The position numbers and the translations under genes were made by a program. A DNA stretch of 64,000 bases, from assembly GCA_965224085.1 (NCBI GenBank), contig CBDCYI010000004.1, positions 224,001-288,000 of the forward strand, given 5' to 3'. Origin of the DNA: Candidatus Marinacidobacterales bacterium. Lineage in GTDB: Bacteria; Acidobacteriota; Vicinamibacteria; Marinacidobacterales; SMYC01. How positions within the stretch are numbered: position 1 is the stretch's first letter; each line of letters begins with the position of its first letter. Shown here piece by piece: positions 38,364 to 49,331 of the stretch. A model generated the notes under the pieces. The model saw nothing but the letters and a program-made list of their open reading frames with translations. It had not been told where the DNA came from and did no database searches.

Positions 38364-39272
38364 CTACTCTCCGAGGGCCGGTAAAACCACGGCGAGCGCT
38401 TTGTCCTGCACGCGAATGTCGACCGGCGCCAAGCCGGACGGCTCACCATCGAGCTGCAGCGGGACGCGCGCACCTTCGTCAACGCTCACGCTCAGAGCAT
38501 CGGTCTTCAAGTGCTCGATGTCCGAGAACCTCAGATGGAAGTGCCCGAGGACGCCTAGAAGGTAGCGCAAGTAGTCGCGACGGTTCTTGCCCGTGAAGAT
38601 CACGACGTCGAGCATGGGCTCTTCGAGCTTCGCGTCGGGGGTAACGTAGTAGCGCGGTCCGTAGCGGCGGATATTTCCCGCGATGAGCCCCGTCCCCACG
38701 ATCTCTTTTCCACCCACGCGCACGCGCACAGGGCTCATGGGATAGCTCGCGAGTAAACGGAATCCGTCGAGCCAGAAGGCGAAGGCGCCAAGCGCGGCTT
38801 TAAAGCCCGACTTGAGCCTATACACGACCTCCCCATCAAGGCCAACCCCCGCCATGAGAAGGAAGGGGCGCTCGCCGGCAAAGCCCATCGGGATACGAAC
38901 GATCCGTCCGCCGACCAGGGTGTCGAGCGCTCCTGAGAGCGTCAACGAGATCCCGACCTCGCGGGCAAAGACATTGACCGTACCGCCAGGCAGGACACCC
39001 ATCGCGGTCGAGCGGCCGCAAAGCCCGCACGCGACTTCGTTCAGCGTGCCGTCACCGCCCCAAGCAATCGCCATCTCGAACCCGTCCTCAGCGACCTCGC
39101 GGGCGATGCGCGTCGCGTGGCCCATGCGCTCTGTCGGACGAGGCGAAACTTCCATGCCGGCATCCTGCAGGCGTGTGAGGACTTGCGACAAGAGCTCGTC
39201 CTTCGCTTGGCCGCGTCCCGAACGCGGGTTGTAGATGAGGGCCGCGCGCATCGGTCCTTTTGTGTCCGGCAT
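38364..39272 (-). CDS. Diacylglycerol/lipid kinase family protein
   Basis: IYNPRSG, GGDGTLNEV, PGGTVNVFARE, QLDGE. Confidence 0.9.
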   Translation of the reverse strand: MPDTKGPMRAALIYNPRSGRGQAKDELLSQVLTRLQDAGMEVSPRPTERMGHATRIAREVAEDGFEMAIAWGGDGTLNEVACGLCGRSTAMGVLPGGTVNVFAREVGISLTLSGALDTLVGGRIVRIPMGFAGERPFLLMAGVGLDGEVVYRLKSGFKAALGAFAFWLDGFRLLASYPMSPVRVRVGGKEIVGTGLIAGNIRRYGPRYYVTPDAKLEEPMLDVVIFTGKNRRDYLRYLLGVLGHFHLRFSDIEHLKTDALSVSVDEGARVPLQLDGEPSGLAPVDIRVQDKALAVVLPALGE

Positions 39273-39289
39273 GGCTCCGCTTGGCTTCG

Positions 39290-39889
39290 CTATCCGGGCG
39301 CCACGATGACTTCCAGTTCGTCGCGAAGCTCACCCCAGCCTCCGACATCGAGGGCGACATGAATCGTCCAGGCGATCTTGCCCTCCATCGAGCGATACGA
39401 GAACGGCGCCTGTTCGGAGACCGGCAGAGTCGCGTGGAAAGCTCGGGCCTCGCCCACCCCGAGTTTCAACTTTTCACCGAGGACGCTCTCTTCACTTTGG
39501 AGCACCGTCCGCTGCCGTCCTTTCTCCGACGTCTTCTGCAGCGTGCAACGAAGCTCGGCAGAGAGCCGCAGCAGTTCGGTGTTGCGCCGGGCTTCGCTGC
39601 GAAGCTCGATCTCGAAGGCACCTCCCGGCGCAACTTGGTCGCTCACGAGGCCCAAGTCGAGAAGGCTGAACGGATGGCGATCGAGACGATGAGCAAGCCC
39701 GAGCGCCGCATAGAGCCAATTCAACGTCACCGGCACCCATCCCACGACGAAGAACCAGCCGTAACCGCTCCCCTGGTAGAATCGCGAGAAATGCAGATAG
39801 ACGAGCGCCACAAGCGTCGCGAGAAAGAGCGACATCCAAAGCCGGCGTTTCGTCTGGGCGATGAGGGACGTCCAGATCATTCCCCTCAA
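39290..39889 (-). CDS. Hypothetical membrane protein (two TM helices plus beta-rich domain)
   Basis: Coherent ORF co-oriented with the lipid kinase; two hydrophobic segments. Confidence 0.6.
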   Translation of the reverse strand: MRGMIWTSLIAQTKRRLWMSLFLATLVALVYLHFSRFYQGSGYGWFFVVGWVPVTLNWLYAALGLAHRLDRHPFSLLDLGLVSDQVAPGGAFEIELRSEARRNTELLRLSAELRCTLQKTSEKGRQRTVLQSEESVLGEKLKLGVGEARAFHATLPVSEQAPFSYRSMEGKIAWTIHVALDVGGWGELRDELEVIVAPG

Positions 39890-39931
39890 TCGTACCTTCT
39901 AGCGCCCGAAAGGCGCTACTCATCGGGCGCG

Positions 39932-40726
39932 CCGCTCGAGTTTCTCGCGGTCGGGCATGTCACCATCGACACGATCGAGGGTCACCGCAGGGTGGGTGGC
40001 GCGGCGGTCTACGCAGCGCTCACCGCCAGACGCCTCGGGCTAACGAGCGGGATCATCACCTCGGCCGGAACCGATTTCCCATTCTGGGACACGTTGTCAG
40101 GGATCGAAACGCATTCCATCACGGCAAAGGCCACCACGACATTCGACAACGACTACGCCGGGGGAACGCGTCGCCAGCGCGTGCGCGCCCTCGCGGCACC
40201 TATACGCGCCCACCATCTGCGCGGAATACATCTTGCGGCGGACGCCGCGGTTTTGTATTGCCCGGTGGTTCACGAGATCGAAGCGCCGCTGCTACGCCTC
40301 ACTCCCCACGGAATCTGCGGCGTGGCGCCGCAAGGGTTCTTTCGTCAATGGGACGACACCGGCACCGTATCGATCCGCGAGTGGGATGACGCCTCGACGG
40401 CTCTCTCGCAAGCGGATTTCGTTTGCATGAGCGAGGAGGATGCTTTCGTTCCCGAAGAGCTCGGCGCACGATTCGCCGGACGCGCTTTTGTCATCACGCG
40501 CGCTGAGAGAGGCTGTCGTGTCTACGCGGGTGCGGATATCTGCGACTTCCCTGCAGTTCCAGCCGAGCCCATCGTTCCCGTGGACCCCACGGGCGCCGGC
40601 GATGTGTTCGCCGCTGCTTTTCTCGTGGCGCTTAGAAACGCCAGCCCACTGCCGCACGCGACGGCGTTCGCAGCCGAGGCCGCCGCCAAAGCCGTCGCCT
40701 CCGAAGGCGTTTCGTGGCTCCTATGA
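39932..40726 (+). CDS. PfkB-family carbohydrate kinase (start codon not identifiable)
   Basis: VGHVTID, GGAAVYAA, VDPTGAGDVFAAAF signature. Confidence 0.8.
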   Translation, partial: PLEFLAVGHVTIDTIEGHRRVGGAAVYAALTARRLGLTSGIITSAGTDFPFWDTLSGIETHSITAKATTTFDNDYAGGTRRQRVRALAAPIRAHHLRGIHLAADAAVLYCPVVHEIEAPLLRLTPHGICGVAPQGFFRQWDDTGTVSIREWDDASTALSQADFVCMSEEDAFVPEELGARFAGRAFVITRAERGCRVYAGADICDFPAVPAEPIVPVDPTGAGDVFAAAFLVALRNASPLPHATAFAAEAAAKAVASEGVSWLL

Positions 40727-40995
40727 AGGACCCTGCTTTCGAAGATTATTGCGAGCAGATCGAGCGCGAGTTCTTTCGCTTCAAAGGCCACCCGGGGACG
40801 CTGTCGCCCGCCGATTTCACCCGCGCTCTCGAGTGGTTTCGTGCGGGCATCCCACTCGACGTCGTTCTCGAGGCCATCCCCGACACATTCCAGGCACAGA
40901 GCGCCGGCCGCGATGGCGGCGTCGAAGAGGTCAACAGCCTCGGCTACTGCGAGTCTTTCGTCGAACGCGCACTCGCGCGGCGCAACCGCTTCTAA
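40723..40995 (+). CDS. Small hypothetical protein
   Basis: ATGA coupling with pfkB; YCEQIEREF...LSPADF...WFRAGIPLDVVL. Confidence 0.65.
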   Translation: MKDPAFEDYCEQIEREFFRFKGHPGTLSPADFTRALEWFRAGIPLDVVLEAIPDTFQAQSAGRDGGVEEVNSLGYCESFVERALARRNRF

Positions 40996-41018
40996 TACGC
41001 TACACTTCCTGACTGTTC

Positions 41019-42758
41019 ATGACCCTGGCCCACATCCTGACCGACGAGCAAGCCCGGATACTCGTCGAGGAACGACGAGCGCTTGCCGAGCTTCGACTCG
41101 CGCTCGAGCGTGTGAGCATGGACGAGGAGGACACCTCATCCTTCGATGCTTCGCTTCGCCAGCTCGACGAGCTCTTTCTTCTCGTCGTCGCGGGCGAGTT
41201 CAACGCGGGCAAGAGTGCTCTCATCAACGCGCTCATAGGCGAGCCGCTTCTCGAAGAGGGTGTCACGCCCACGACCCAACGGGTCACGCTCGTGAAACAC
41301 GGCGAGGGGAAGAGCCGGGAGACGCAAAGCGACGCCTTCGAGGTCGTCGAAGCACCCATCGAGATACTCGAGACCCTGAACATCGTCGACACGCCGGGAA
41401 CGAATGCGATCCATCGTGAGCACGAAGCAATCACCCGCGAGTTTCTACCGCGAGCCGACATGGTGCTCTTCGTGACCTCCGCAGACCGTCCTTTCACCGA
41501 GAGCGAACGTGCATTCCTCGAAGGGGTCCGCCATTGGGGTAAAAAGGTAGCCATCGTGATTAACAAAATCGACCTTCTCATGATCTCGGAAGACACCCAA
41601 AAGGTGATCGCTTTCGTGCGCGACAACGCGTCGAAACTTCTCGGGATGGAAGTGACGGTCTTCCCCGTCTCTGCCCGCCAAGCCGCGCAAGGAAAGTCCG
41701 AAGGCGACGACGCGCTCGTACGGGAGAGCCGATTCGAAGCGTTCGAGACGTTCGTCGTCCGGACTCTCGACGACGGCGAGCGCGTGCGCTTGAAGCTTCT
41801 CAACCCGCTCGGAGTTGGCAGCGCGCTGACGGAAAAATATACAGCGGTGGTGGCCGCGGAGCTCGACCTACTCAAAGACGACCTTCGGATGCTCGACGAC
41901 ATCGAATCCCATCTCGAGATCTACGAGAGCGATCAGCACCGCGACTTTGCCTACAGGCTCTCGGATATCGACAATGCGCTTCTCGACTTCGAGAGCCGCG
42001 GGGCCAACTTTTTCGAAGAGACGCTGAGGCTCGGCCGCATTTTCGATCTCGTCAACAAAGCCAAAATCAAGAGCGATTTCGAGAAGAAAGTCGTCGGGGA
42101 CCTTCCGCGGGTGGTCGCAAAACGCGTCGAGGCCGTGATCGACTGGATGGTGGAGAGCGAGCTCGAGCAGTGGAAGGCGGTGACGGCACATCTCGACGAA
42201 CGGCGAACGGCCCACGAGGCGCGCATCGTAGGAAAACTGCAAGCTACTTTCGTGCAGGATCGCAAGCGGCTGCTCGAGACCGTGGGCGCCGACGCGCGGC
42301 GCGCCATCGACGACTACGACCGCGAATCCGAATCGAGCCGACTCGCCGAATCCGTCCAGACGGCGGTCGCCAGCACCGCGCTTCTAGAAGTCGGTGCTGT
42401 CGGACTCGGCGCGCTCGTCGCCGCCATCGCCACGACGACCGCCGCCGACGTCACGGGCATACTCGCCGCGAGCGCCCTTTCGATCATGGGACTCCTCGTC
42501 CTGCCTGCGAAGCGTCGCAAGGCCAAAACCGAGCTCAACCTCAAAGTCGGTGAAGTGCGAGAAAAGCTCATGACGTCGCTCCGCAAACAGTTCGAAACGG
42601 AGACGAAGGCGAGCATCCTGCGCATCCAGGAGGCCGTGGCACCGTATACGCGCTTCGTCCGCGGAGAGCGTGACCGCCTAGAGACCGCCCGCTCTGCGCT
42701 CGAGGCCTCCCGTGCGGAGCTGACGCGCATCGAAGCTGCTATACATCGGGCGTCTTGA
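41019..42758 (+). CDS. Dynamin-like GTPase
   Basis: GEFNAGKS, GVTPTT, DTPG, NKID motifs, helical stalk, hydrophobic hairpin. Confidence 0.9.
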   Translation: MTLAHILTDEQARILVEERRALAELRLALERVSMDEEDTSSFDASLRQLDELFLLVVAGEFNAGKSALINALIGEPLLEEGVTPTTQRVTLVKHGEGKSRETQSDAFEVVEAPIEILETLNIVDTPGTNAIHREHEAITREFLPRADMVLFVTSADRPFTESERAFLEGVRHWGKKVAIVINKIDLLMISEDTQKVIAFVRDNASKLLGMEVTVFPVSARQAAQGKSEGDDALVRESRFEAFETFVVRTLDDGERVRLKLLNPLGVGSALTEKYTAVVAAELDLLKDDLRMLDDIESHLEIYESDQHRDFAYRLSDIDNALLDFESRGANFFEETLRLGRIFDLVNKAKIKSDFEKKVVGDLPRVVAKRVEAVIDWMVESELEQWKAVTAHLDERRTAHEARIVGKLQATFVQDRKRLLETVGADARRAIDDYDRESESSRLAESVQTAVASTALLEVGAVGLGALVAAIATTTAADVTGILAASALSIMGLLVLPAKRRKAKTELNLKVGEVREKLMTSLRKQFETETKASILRIQEAVAPYTRFVRGERDRLETARSALEASRAELTRIEAAIHRAS

Positions 42759-42765
42759 CGACGAT

Positions 42766-43695
42766 TTAATCCGAATATTCGAGAAATGGACGGAAGCGGC
42801 GGTGGAACCAGCCGAACCAATGCTCGGGATCGGCCCGCACCCAGGCGCCGACAATCTCGTTGTGCCTTTCTTGTATCCTCGTCACGCGCGCGTCCCTGTC
42901 AAGCTTGTCGAGCCCGTCGAGCTCGAAATCCTCGAGAACGAGGACGACATCGTAGACATCGTCATCACCGAGCCGAGCATAGGCGCTCACGACATGGGGG
43001 TCCATGTGCTCCTGCAGCGCCGCAATCGCGCGGACCGTCGGAGCCGGTTTGCCTAGAAACGAAATGGTCGTCCCTTCGGCGCCCGGGTCTTGATCGATGA
43101 GCGCGGCGAGCACGCCGTTTTGCTTCAAAGTCGTGAACGCACGACGCGCGGCGTTCTTGTGCCCGATGATATGGACGCCCGTCGCGAGCCGCCGTTCGTC
43201 GAGCCAATTCTCGACATAAGGGTTATGCATCGGTTTCACGATGACGTGAACGTCATCAAACACTGTGCCGAAGGCGAGGGCAAGTAGCTCGAAATTACCG
43301 AAATGGGCGAGGATGGCGATGACACCGCGTTGCTCCCGCTTTTGGAAGAGCTCACGGCCGTGGATGCGGTACGGTGGCTCCTGCCGGCGCGCCCGCAACA
43401 AGTCCATGACATACGTCCCCATGTTGCCGTAGAGCGCGGGTAGGATATGCGCGATTTCCGCATCGGAGCCCATGCCGACGAAACGCAAGTTGGCAACAAC
43501 GACGGCGCGCCGGACACCGAGCTTTAGCGCCAGCCAACCGAACACCCGGCCGAGCGTGAGAGCCGCGGACCTCGGCAACAAGCCAACGAGCGCCTCGAAT
43601 CCGCGTAGTGCGGCATATTCGACTCGCCAACCGAGGCGCCGGCCCAGGCGTGGCTTCGTGGATGTGCCTTCGGGCGTGGCGTCGGAATCGGGCAT
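42766..43695 (-). CDS. Lipid A/lysophospholipid acyltransferase (LpxL/HtrB family)
   Basis: AHFGNFEL, LIDQD, PEHWFGWFHRRF. Confidence 0.85.
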   Translation of the reverse strand: MPDSDATPEGTSTKPRLGRRLGWRVEYAALRGFEALVGLLPRSAALTLGRVFGWLALKLGVRRAVVVANLRFVGMGSDAEIAHILPALYGNMGTYVMDLLRARRQEPPYRIHGRELFQKREQRGVIAILAHFGNFELLALAFGTVFDDVHVIVKPMHNPYVENWLDERRLATGVHIIGHKNAARRAFTTLKQNGVLAALIDQDPGAEGTTISFLGKPAPTVRAIAALQEHMDPHVVSAYARLGDDDVYDVVLVLEDFELDGLDKLDRDARVTRIQERHNEIVGAWVRADPEHWFGWFHRRFRPFLEYSD

Positions 43696-43750
43696 CGGTA
43701 CTTGGGCGCGCGGGCAGCGTAGCACAAAGCGCCCGGGCGCCTCGCCGTCG

Positions 43751-45244
43751 CTAATCGACGCCGCGCATCGCCGCGTCCAGGATCTGCTGAATGAAGCCGG
43801 GGTCAACGCCGAGGCCGTTACAAAGCCAAACGAGACACTCGATCTCATCCTCATCGACCGATCCGTCCGCATAGGAGATCACGACCATATTCTGGATCAG
43901 CTGAAGCTCTTGCGCACCGGTCAAGAGCGTCGACAAGTCCTTTGCGAGTGCATCAACCTCGTCACGTACCTCGGGGACGGGTCGCGAAAAAATCTCGCGC
44001 ATCTCCTCCGGGGACACACGCGGGCCGAGGATGGAGGCGAGTGCGTTCACCTCGGAGTGTTCGACGACGCCGTTCGCGGCCGCGACCAGAAATCCTGCGC
44101 TCAACAGGTAGTGCTGTGCTTTGTCTCCGGTGTCGGTCGAGTCCTGGAGGTAGGTCGGCTCCATGATGCCCATCAGCTCGGACACTTCTTCCGCGACTTT
44201 TTCTGCGGAGAGCCCGTCGCCCGGCTGGCCGATGAGCTCGAAATAGGGCTTCCCGCGGGTGAAGATTTAGAGCGCTTTCAGCCTCATCGGGTTGAAGGGG
44301 TGCGTGCTGAACCAATCCTGCGCATCGGTCTCTTGCTGCGCCACTTCGTGTCGAAGATCTTCGAGCTGCGCGAGATAGTCTTTGACGCTGAACTTGAACG
44401 CCGAGGACGTGATCCCCGAAGAGAGCTTGAAGAACGTATTCGCCGCGACGTCGAACTTGCGACAGCAGATCATCCCGACACGGTCGGCCGTGATCTCCGC
44501 GTTCCGGATCCACGCATAGAGCTTCATCGCATGGAGCGGCGAGAGGCTCCCGCCGTTATTCTCCAGAATGTAGTCCACCGGAAACCGCGTATGCTCGTAC
44601 AAATAGTGACCGAGCTCGTGGCCGATGACGAAAGCGAGCTCGTCCTGGGAGAATTTTTCCAGGAGGGAGCTCGTGACGACGAGCAGGACTTTTTCTTTGA
44701 CCGGCGGGTAGCATGCGGCGTTGAAACGGCTGTCTTGGTTGACGTAAATTTCGATGTCCACCTTCAGCTGGAGCGTCTTCGCGCAGCCGTCGGTCACTTG
44801 GTAGAGGCCCGGCATCATCCCGCGCGAGATCTTGAGCGCGCGCGTCAAGAGCTCCTTGCGCGCATTGTGAGGCTTGAGCTCGGCAAGTAGACGATTCACC
44901 GTGGACGAGAAGCTCGCATCCGCGAGAAGCTCCGCCAACGCTTTCCGGTCGCCGCGATAGACGAGCCGGTCCATGTCGATCCCGGCGAGCGAGTGGTCGT
45001 AAAGCGAATGATCCCGCTCGCTCCCGTTCTCGGACATTTTCTCCAGTCGGTCGCGGTAGCTGGTTTGGATCGATTCCACGAGTTGCCCGAGGCGCTGCCT
45101 CAGGCGGCTCGCCTCATCCGGATTGCGCGCGGACTTCGCACGCTCGTCGAACTGTTCGCTCACGCGGGCGACTTTGCTCTGAAGCTCTTCCCCGAGAGCC
45201 ACGAGATTCGTCGCTCGCCACTCGATTGCTGAGGCGGCAGTCAT
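43751..45244 (-). pseudogene. M48-family metallopeptidase fused to TerB-like domain, interrupted by in-frame TAA at 44267-44269
   Basis: HELGH, EITADR, STHP motifs; same frame continues past the stop into LVAAANG.VEHSE / ISYADGSVDEDE (TerB-like). Confidence 0.75.
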
Positions 45245-45312
45245 GCTGCACCTTTCGGTTTTTGGGATCTCTTCTATTGTAGGAAAGATGTTCGTCGGCG
45301 GCCAGTCTCGTT

Positions 45313-46731
45313 CTACAAGACATTCACGAGAGGCGGGCGACGGGCGCCGACGTCGGTGACGCGCTCAAACGCATGGCCAAGCTCGAAGACCGCGCGTTCC
45401 TGACGGTAGCGGCCCACGATTTGAAGGCCCACGGGGAGGCCTTCCGGCGTGAACCCTGCCGGGATGGACATCGCCGGAAGCGCCGTCAGCGTGATGTAGA
45501 AGCAGCTCCGCATCCAGTCGACGTAGGAATCCATCGCAATCCCGTCGATCGCCTGCACCCACTCCGTGTCGATGTCGAATGGAGAAACTTGGGTGACCGG
45601 GAGCAGGAGAAACTCGTAGCTCTCCATGAAGCGCCGCACGCGGTGATAGAGCTCGTCTCGACGCACTTGCGCGCGCGCGACCTCGTCGCCCGAGAGCGCG
45701 AGACCTTTCTCGATGTTCCACACGACCGTCTCCTTCATGAGGCTACGGTGGTTCTCGAGATCCTGGGCGTAGGCCATCGCGAAGCCATGCGCTCTCAAGA
45801 CCTGAAAAATCTCGTTGGCGCCTGCGAAGTCCGGCTGCGCCCGATCGACCGTACATCCCATCGCCGCAAATTGGTCGACGGCCCGCTCGAAGACGTCACG
45901 AACATCTTTTTCCACCGGGAAGCTAGAAAGGTCGGGACTCACCGCGAGCCGCACGCCGCGAACGTCGCGCTCGAGCGGGTCGCAGAAAATCTCTCCCGGC
46001 TCCTGGAGCGTCATTGGATCACGTGCGTCGGGGCCCGCCATTACCGAGAGAAGAAGCGCGGCGTCTTCGACGTTGCGCGCAATCGGGCCGAGGACCGCGA
46101 GCGAGCTCCACGGGTCCAGGTTTGGCCATCGGGGCACGCGTCCTGGCGAAGGCCGGAGCCCGACGACGTTACAAAAACTCGGGGGGTTGCGCACCGAACC
46201 GCCGAGATCGCTGCCGTCAGCGAAAGGCAACATCCCGCAGGCTACCGCCACGGCGGCGCCACCACTGCTCCCGCCGCAAGTCTTCGTCAAGTCGTAAGGG
46301 TTTTTCGTCCGCCCGAAGATCGGGTTGAAGGTTTGCGAGCCCGCCCCGAGCTCAGACGTATTGGTCTTGCCGATGACGACGGCGCCCGCAGCCTCGAGGC
46401 GATCCACGAAGAGCGCGCTCGTCTCGGGCACATGATCTTTGTAGATCGGAGAGCCGAAGGTCGTGCGGATCCCTTTGGTGAGCTCGAGGTCTTTGATCGC
46501 GATTGGCAACCCGTGTAGCGGGCCCAACGCCTCGCCACGCTCGGCCGCCGCGTCCAATTTCTTCGCCCGGGCGCGTGCGGAGTCCTCGACGAGCGTGCAG
46601 ATCGCATTTACCTCGGGATTGACGTGCGCAATCTGTGCGAGATGCGCTTCGAGGAGCTCGGTAGCCGAGAGCTCACGGGCGCGGAGACGACGTGCGAGCT
46701 CTGTGGCTCGCTCGAAGTTGAGCTCGGTCAC
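45313..46731 (-). CDS. Amidase signature family enzyme
   Basis: PIAIKDL, GKTNTSE, GGSSGG, GSDLGGSVRNP. Confidence 0.92.
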   Translation of the reverse strand: MTELNFERATELARRLRARELSATELLEAHLAQIAHVNPEVNAICTLVEDSARARAKKLDAAAERGEALGPLHGLPIAIKDLELTKGIRTTFGSPIYKDHVPETSALFVDRLEAAGAVVIGKTNTSELGAGSQTFNPIFGRTKNPYDLTKTCGGSSGGAAVAVACGMLPFADGSDLGGSVRNPPSFCNVVGLRPSPGRVPRWPNLDPWSSLAVLGPIARNVEDAALLLSVMAGPDARDPMTLQEPGEIFCDPLERDVRGVRLAVSPDLSSFPVEKDVRDVFERAVDQFAAMGCTVDRAQPDFAGANEIFQVLRAHGFAMAYAQDLENHRSLMKETVVWNIEKGLALSGDEVARAQVRRDELYHRVRRFMESYEFLLLPVTQVSPFDIDTEWVQAIDGIAMDSYVDWMRSCFYITLTALPAMSIPAGFTPEGLPVGLQIVGRYRQERAVFELGHAFERVTDVGARRPPLVNVL

Positions 46732-46764
46732 ACGACAACCGTAGTTCAATTGGGTATTCCGTTA

Positions 46765-46839
46765 CCAGTCGTCCTTCGGCCAGTCGTCCTTCGGCCAGTC
46801 GTCCTTCGGCCAGTCGTCCTTCGGCCAGTCGTCCTTCGG
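46765..46839. repeat. Perfect tandem repeat (CCAGTCGTCCTTCGG)x5
   Basis: Five exact 15-bp units between divergent genes. Confidence 0.95.
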
Positions 46840-46864
46840 GAAGCTTCGTGCTAACGTTTGGGGC

Positions 46865-47248
46865 ATGAAGCTGTTTTTCACGTTGGTGTTGGTCCTGTTG
46901 CAGACGGGGCAAGCCGACGAGCTCTCGAAGCTTCGCGAGCGAGCGGAGGCCATCATCGAGGACAGTTCTTCGCTCGAGATCGACATGGTCGAGGCGCGCC
47001 GGAAAGTCCAGCTCCTATTGAAAGATTTGAAGAAGTGGAGCGAGACCTACGATTACGAGCTCCAAGCGCGCACCCGCACCTATAGCAACCCGGCGAAGCA
47101 GATCGACGAGCTCCTTACGGCAGAGCGTTGCCCACTCTTCTTCGAGAAGGACCTCGAGGAGCTCTGCCCGCTCGATATGGCGCGCTCCGAAGTCTGGGGA
47201 GGCAAGGTCGTTTTCTGCCGCTATCTCTGCCCGAATAGCGGAGGTTGA
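46865..47248 (+). CDS. Secreted hypothetical protein with four C-terminal Cys
   Basis: Signal peptide MKLFFTLVLVLLQ; stop overlaps trmL start. Confidence 0.65.
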   Translation: MKLFFTLVLVLLQTGQADELSKLRERAEAIIEDSSSLEIDMVEARRKVQLLLKDLKKWSETYDYELQARTRTYSNPAKQIDELLTAERCPLFFEKDLEELCPLDMARSEVWGGKVVFCRYLCPNSGG

Positions 47249-47715
47249 TGGCCGAAGCGAGCCTTCACGTCGTGCTCGTCGAGCCGGAGATCCATTGGAA
47301 CACCGGCAATACCGGGCGCACGTGCCTCGGCGCGGGCGCGAGCCTGCACCTCGTCGAGCCGCTCGGTTTTTCCCTCGATGCCAAGCAAGTACGGCGTGCC
47401 GGGCTCGATTATTGGTCCCGTGTTCCTGTCGAGACGTGGCCCGATTGGGAAACGCTCGAAGCCACCTTGCCGGCGATGGGTGAGCCGTTTTTCATTTCTC
47501 CCGAATCGGAGCGCACGATTTGGGACGTGAGCTACCCGGCGCGCACGGTGCTCGTCTTCGGACGCGAGACCGCGGGCCTCCCGGAAGGGCTTCGCGAACG
47601 CTACCCGGAGCAGCTCGTCTCGATCCCGATGCACGACGAGGGGCTTCGCTCGTTGAACTTGTCGACCGCCGTGGGGATCACGCTCTACGAAGTTCTGCGC
47701 CAGAGACGATTTTGA
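47248..47715 (+). CDS. trmL: tRNA (cytidine(34)-2'-O)-methyltransferase, SpoU family
   Basis: [34 protein letters not shown]. Confidence 0.9.
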   Translation: MAEASLHVVLVEPEIHWNTGNTGRTCLGAGASLHLVEPLGFSLDAKQVRRAGLDYWSRVPVETWPDWETLEATLPAMGEPFFISPESERTIWDVSYPARTVLVFGRETAGLPEGLRERYPEQLVSIPMHDEGLRSLNLSTAVGITLYEVLRQRRF

Positions 47716-47737
47716 GACGCTTTTGTTAAGATGCGCC

Positions 47738-49327
47738 ATGCATGAGGAGCGCGATGCCTACTTCCGTACGAGCTCCGGGAAGCCTCTAGACAACGAGTAT
47801 ACTGCGGACGACCTCGCCGATTGGAACGTGGACGAAAAGCTCGGCCACGCCGGCGAGGCCCCTTTCACCCGCGGCAACCACGCGTCCGGCTACAAAGGCC
47901 GGTTATGGACGATGCGGCAATATGCTGGCTATGCGACGGCCGCCGAGTCCAACCGCCGCTACCGGCACTTGCTCGAGCAAGGCCAGAGCGGGCTCTCCGT
48001 CGCTTTCGATCTTCCGACCCAAATCGGCTACGACTCGGACCATATGATGGCCCAAGGCGAAGTCGGCCGTGTCGGCGTCGCCATCGACTCGCTCGACGAT
48101 ATGGAAACGCTCTTTACGTCCATCCCGCTCGATCGTGTCTCGACCTCGATGACCATCAACGCGACCGCGAGCACATTGCTAGCACTCTATATCGCGGTTG
48201 GCCGTCGCCAAGGCGTTTCCGACGAGAAGCTCTCTGGCACCGTCCAAAACGACATACTCAAAGAGTACATCGCGCGCGGGACCTACATTTATCCCCCGGG
48301 CCCGTCCATGCGACTGGCCACGGACATCATCGCGTTTTGCGTCGACAAGCTTCCCGGCTTCAATCCCATCAGCATCAGCGGGTACCACATCCGCGAAGCG
48401 GGCTCGACCGCGGCGCAAGAGCTCGCGTTCACACTCGCCAACGGTCTCGCCTACGTCGAAGCGGCCACTGCGAGAGGTCTCGACGTGGACGACTTCGGCC
48501 GGTGCCTGTCGTTCTTCTTCAACGCCCATCGAAACTTCCTCGAGGAGATCGCGAAGTTCCGCGCCGCCCGCCGACTCTGGGGCGCGCTGCTGCGCTCCCG
48601 CTACGACTCCAAGAATCCGCGGGCGCAGATGCTGCGCTTCCACACACAGACTGCGGGCTCGACGCTCACCGCGCAGCAGCCCAACGTCAATGTCGTGCGC
48701 ACGACGCTTCAAGGACTGGCCGCCGTTCTCGGCGGCACACAGTCCCTTCACTGCAACGCGCTCGACGAAGCACTCGGCCTTCCCACAGAAGAAACCGCGG
48801 AGCTCGCGCTGCGAACGCAGCAAGTTTTGGCCTATGAGAGTGGCGTCCCGGGCACCATCGATCCTTTCGGTGGTTCCTATGCGATGGAGTCGATGACGGA
48901 CGCAATTCAAGAAGAAGCGGAGGCCATCATCGCGGAGCTGGATCGCCGAGGGGGTGCTCTCGCCGCGATCGAAGCGTCCTGGCCACAACAGCAGATCCAA
49001 GAAGCGGCCTACCGCTTTCAAAAAGAGACGGAGTCCAAAGACGTGCTCGTCGTCGGGGTCAACGTGTTCGAAAAAGACGAGAAAGTTCCCGTGGAAGTCT
49101 TCAGCGTCGACGTCGACGTCGAAAGGGACCAAGTCGAGCGCGTGAAAGCCGTCCGCGCGCGCCGCGACGCGGCGTGCGCGAAGAAAAACCTCGATGAGGT
49201 CGAGCGTGCCGCGAAGCAAGACGCCAACTTGATGCCCCCGATACTAGCTGCCGTCGAAGCTTATGCAACGCTCGGCGAGATTGCCGATCGGCTCCGGGGC
49301 GTTTTTGGAGAGCACCGAGCGAGCTGA
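47738..49327 (+). CDS. Methylmalonyl-CoA mutase family, large (substrate-binding) subunit
   Basis: [39 protein letters not shown]; no B12-binding domain. Confidence 0.92.
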   Translation: MHEERDAYFRTSSGKPLDNEYTADDLADWNVDEKLGHAGEAPFTRGNHASGYKGRLWTMRQYAGYATAAESNRRYRHLLEQGQSGLSVAFDLPTQIGYDSDHMMAQGEVGRVGVAIDSLDDMETLFTSIPLDRVSTSMTINATASTLLALYIAVGRRQGVSDEKLSGTVQNDILKEYIARGTYIYPPGPSMRLATDIIAFCVDKLPGFNPISISGYHIREAGSTAAQELAFTLANGLAYVEAATARGLDVDDFGRCLSFFFNAHRNFLEEIAKFRAARRLWGALLRSRYDSKNPRAQMLRFHTQTAGSTLTAQQPNVNVVRTTLQGLAAVLGGTQSLHCNALDEALGLPTEETAELALRTQQVLAYESGVPGTIDPFGGSYAMESMTDAIQEEAEAIIAELDRRGGALAAIEASWPQQQIQEAAYRFQKETESKDVLVVGVNVFEKDEKVPVEVFSVDVDVERDQVERVKAVRARRDAACAKKNLDEVERAAKQDANLMPPILAAVEAYATLGEIADRLRGVFGEHRAS

Positions 49328-49331
49328 TCCG

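Noticed and set aside
39260-39931. N-terminal half of the 488-aa ORF as part of the PfkB kinase
   Set aside because: It overlaps the minus-strand membrane protein gene and lacks kinase features; PfkB similarity begins only near 39935.
46765-46839. CRISPR array
   Set aside because: 15-bp units are contiguous with no spacers, and there are no cas genes in the window.
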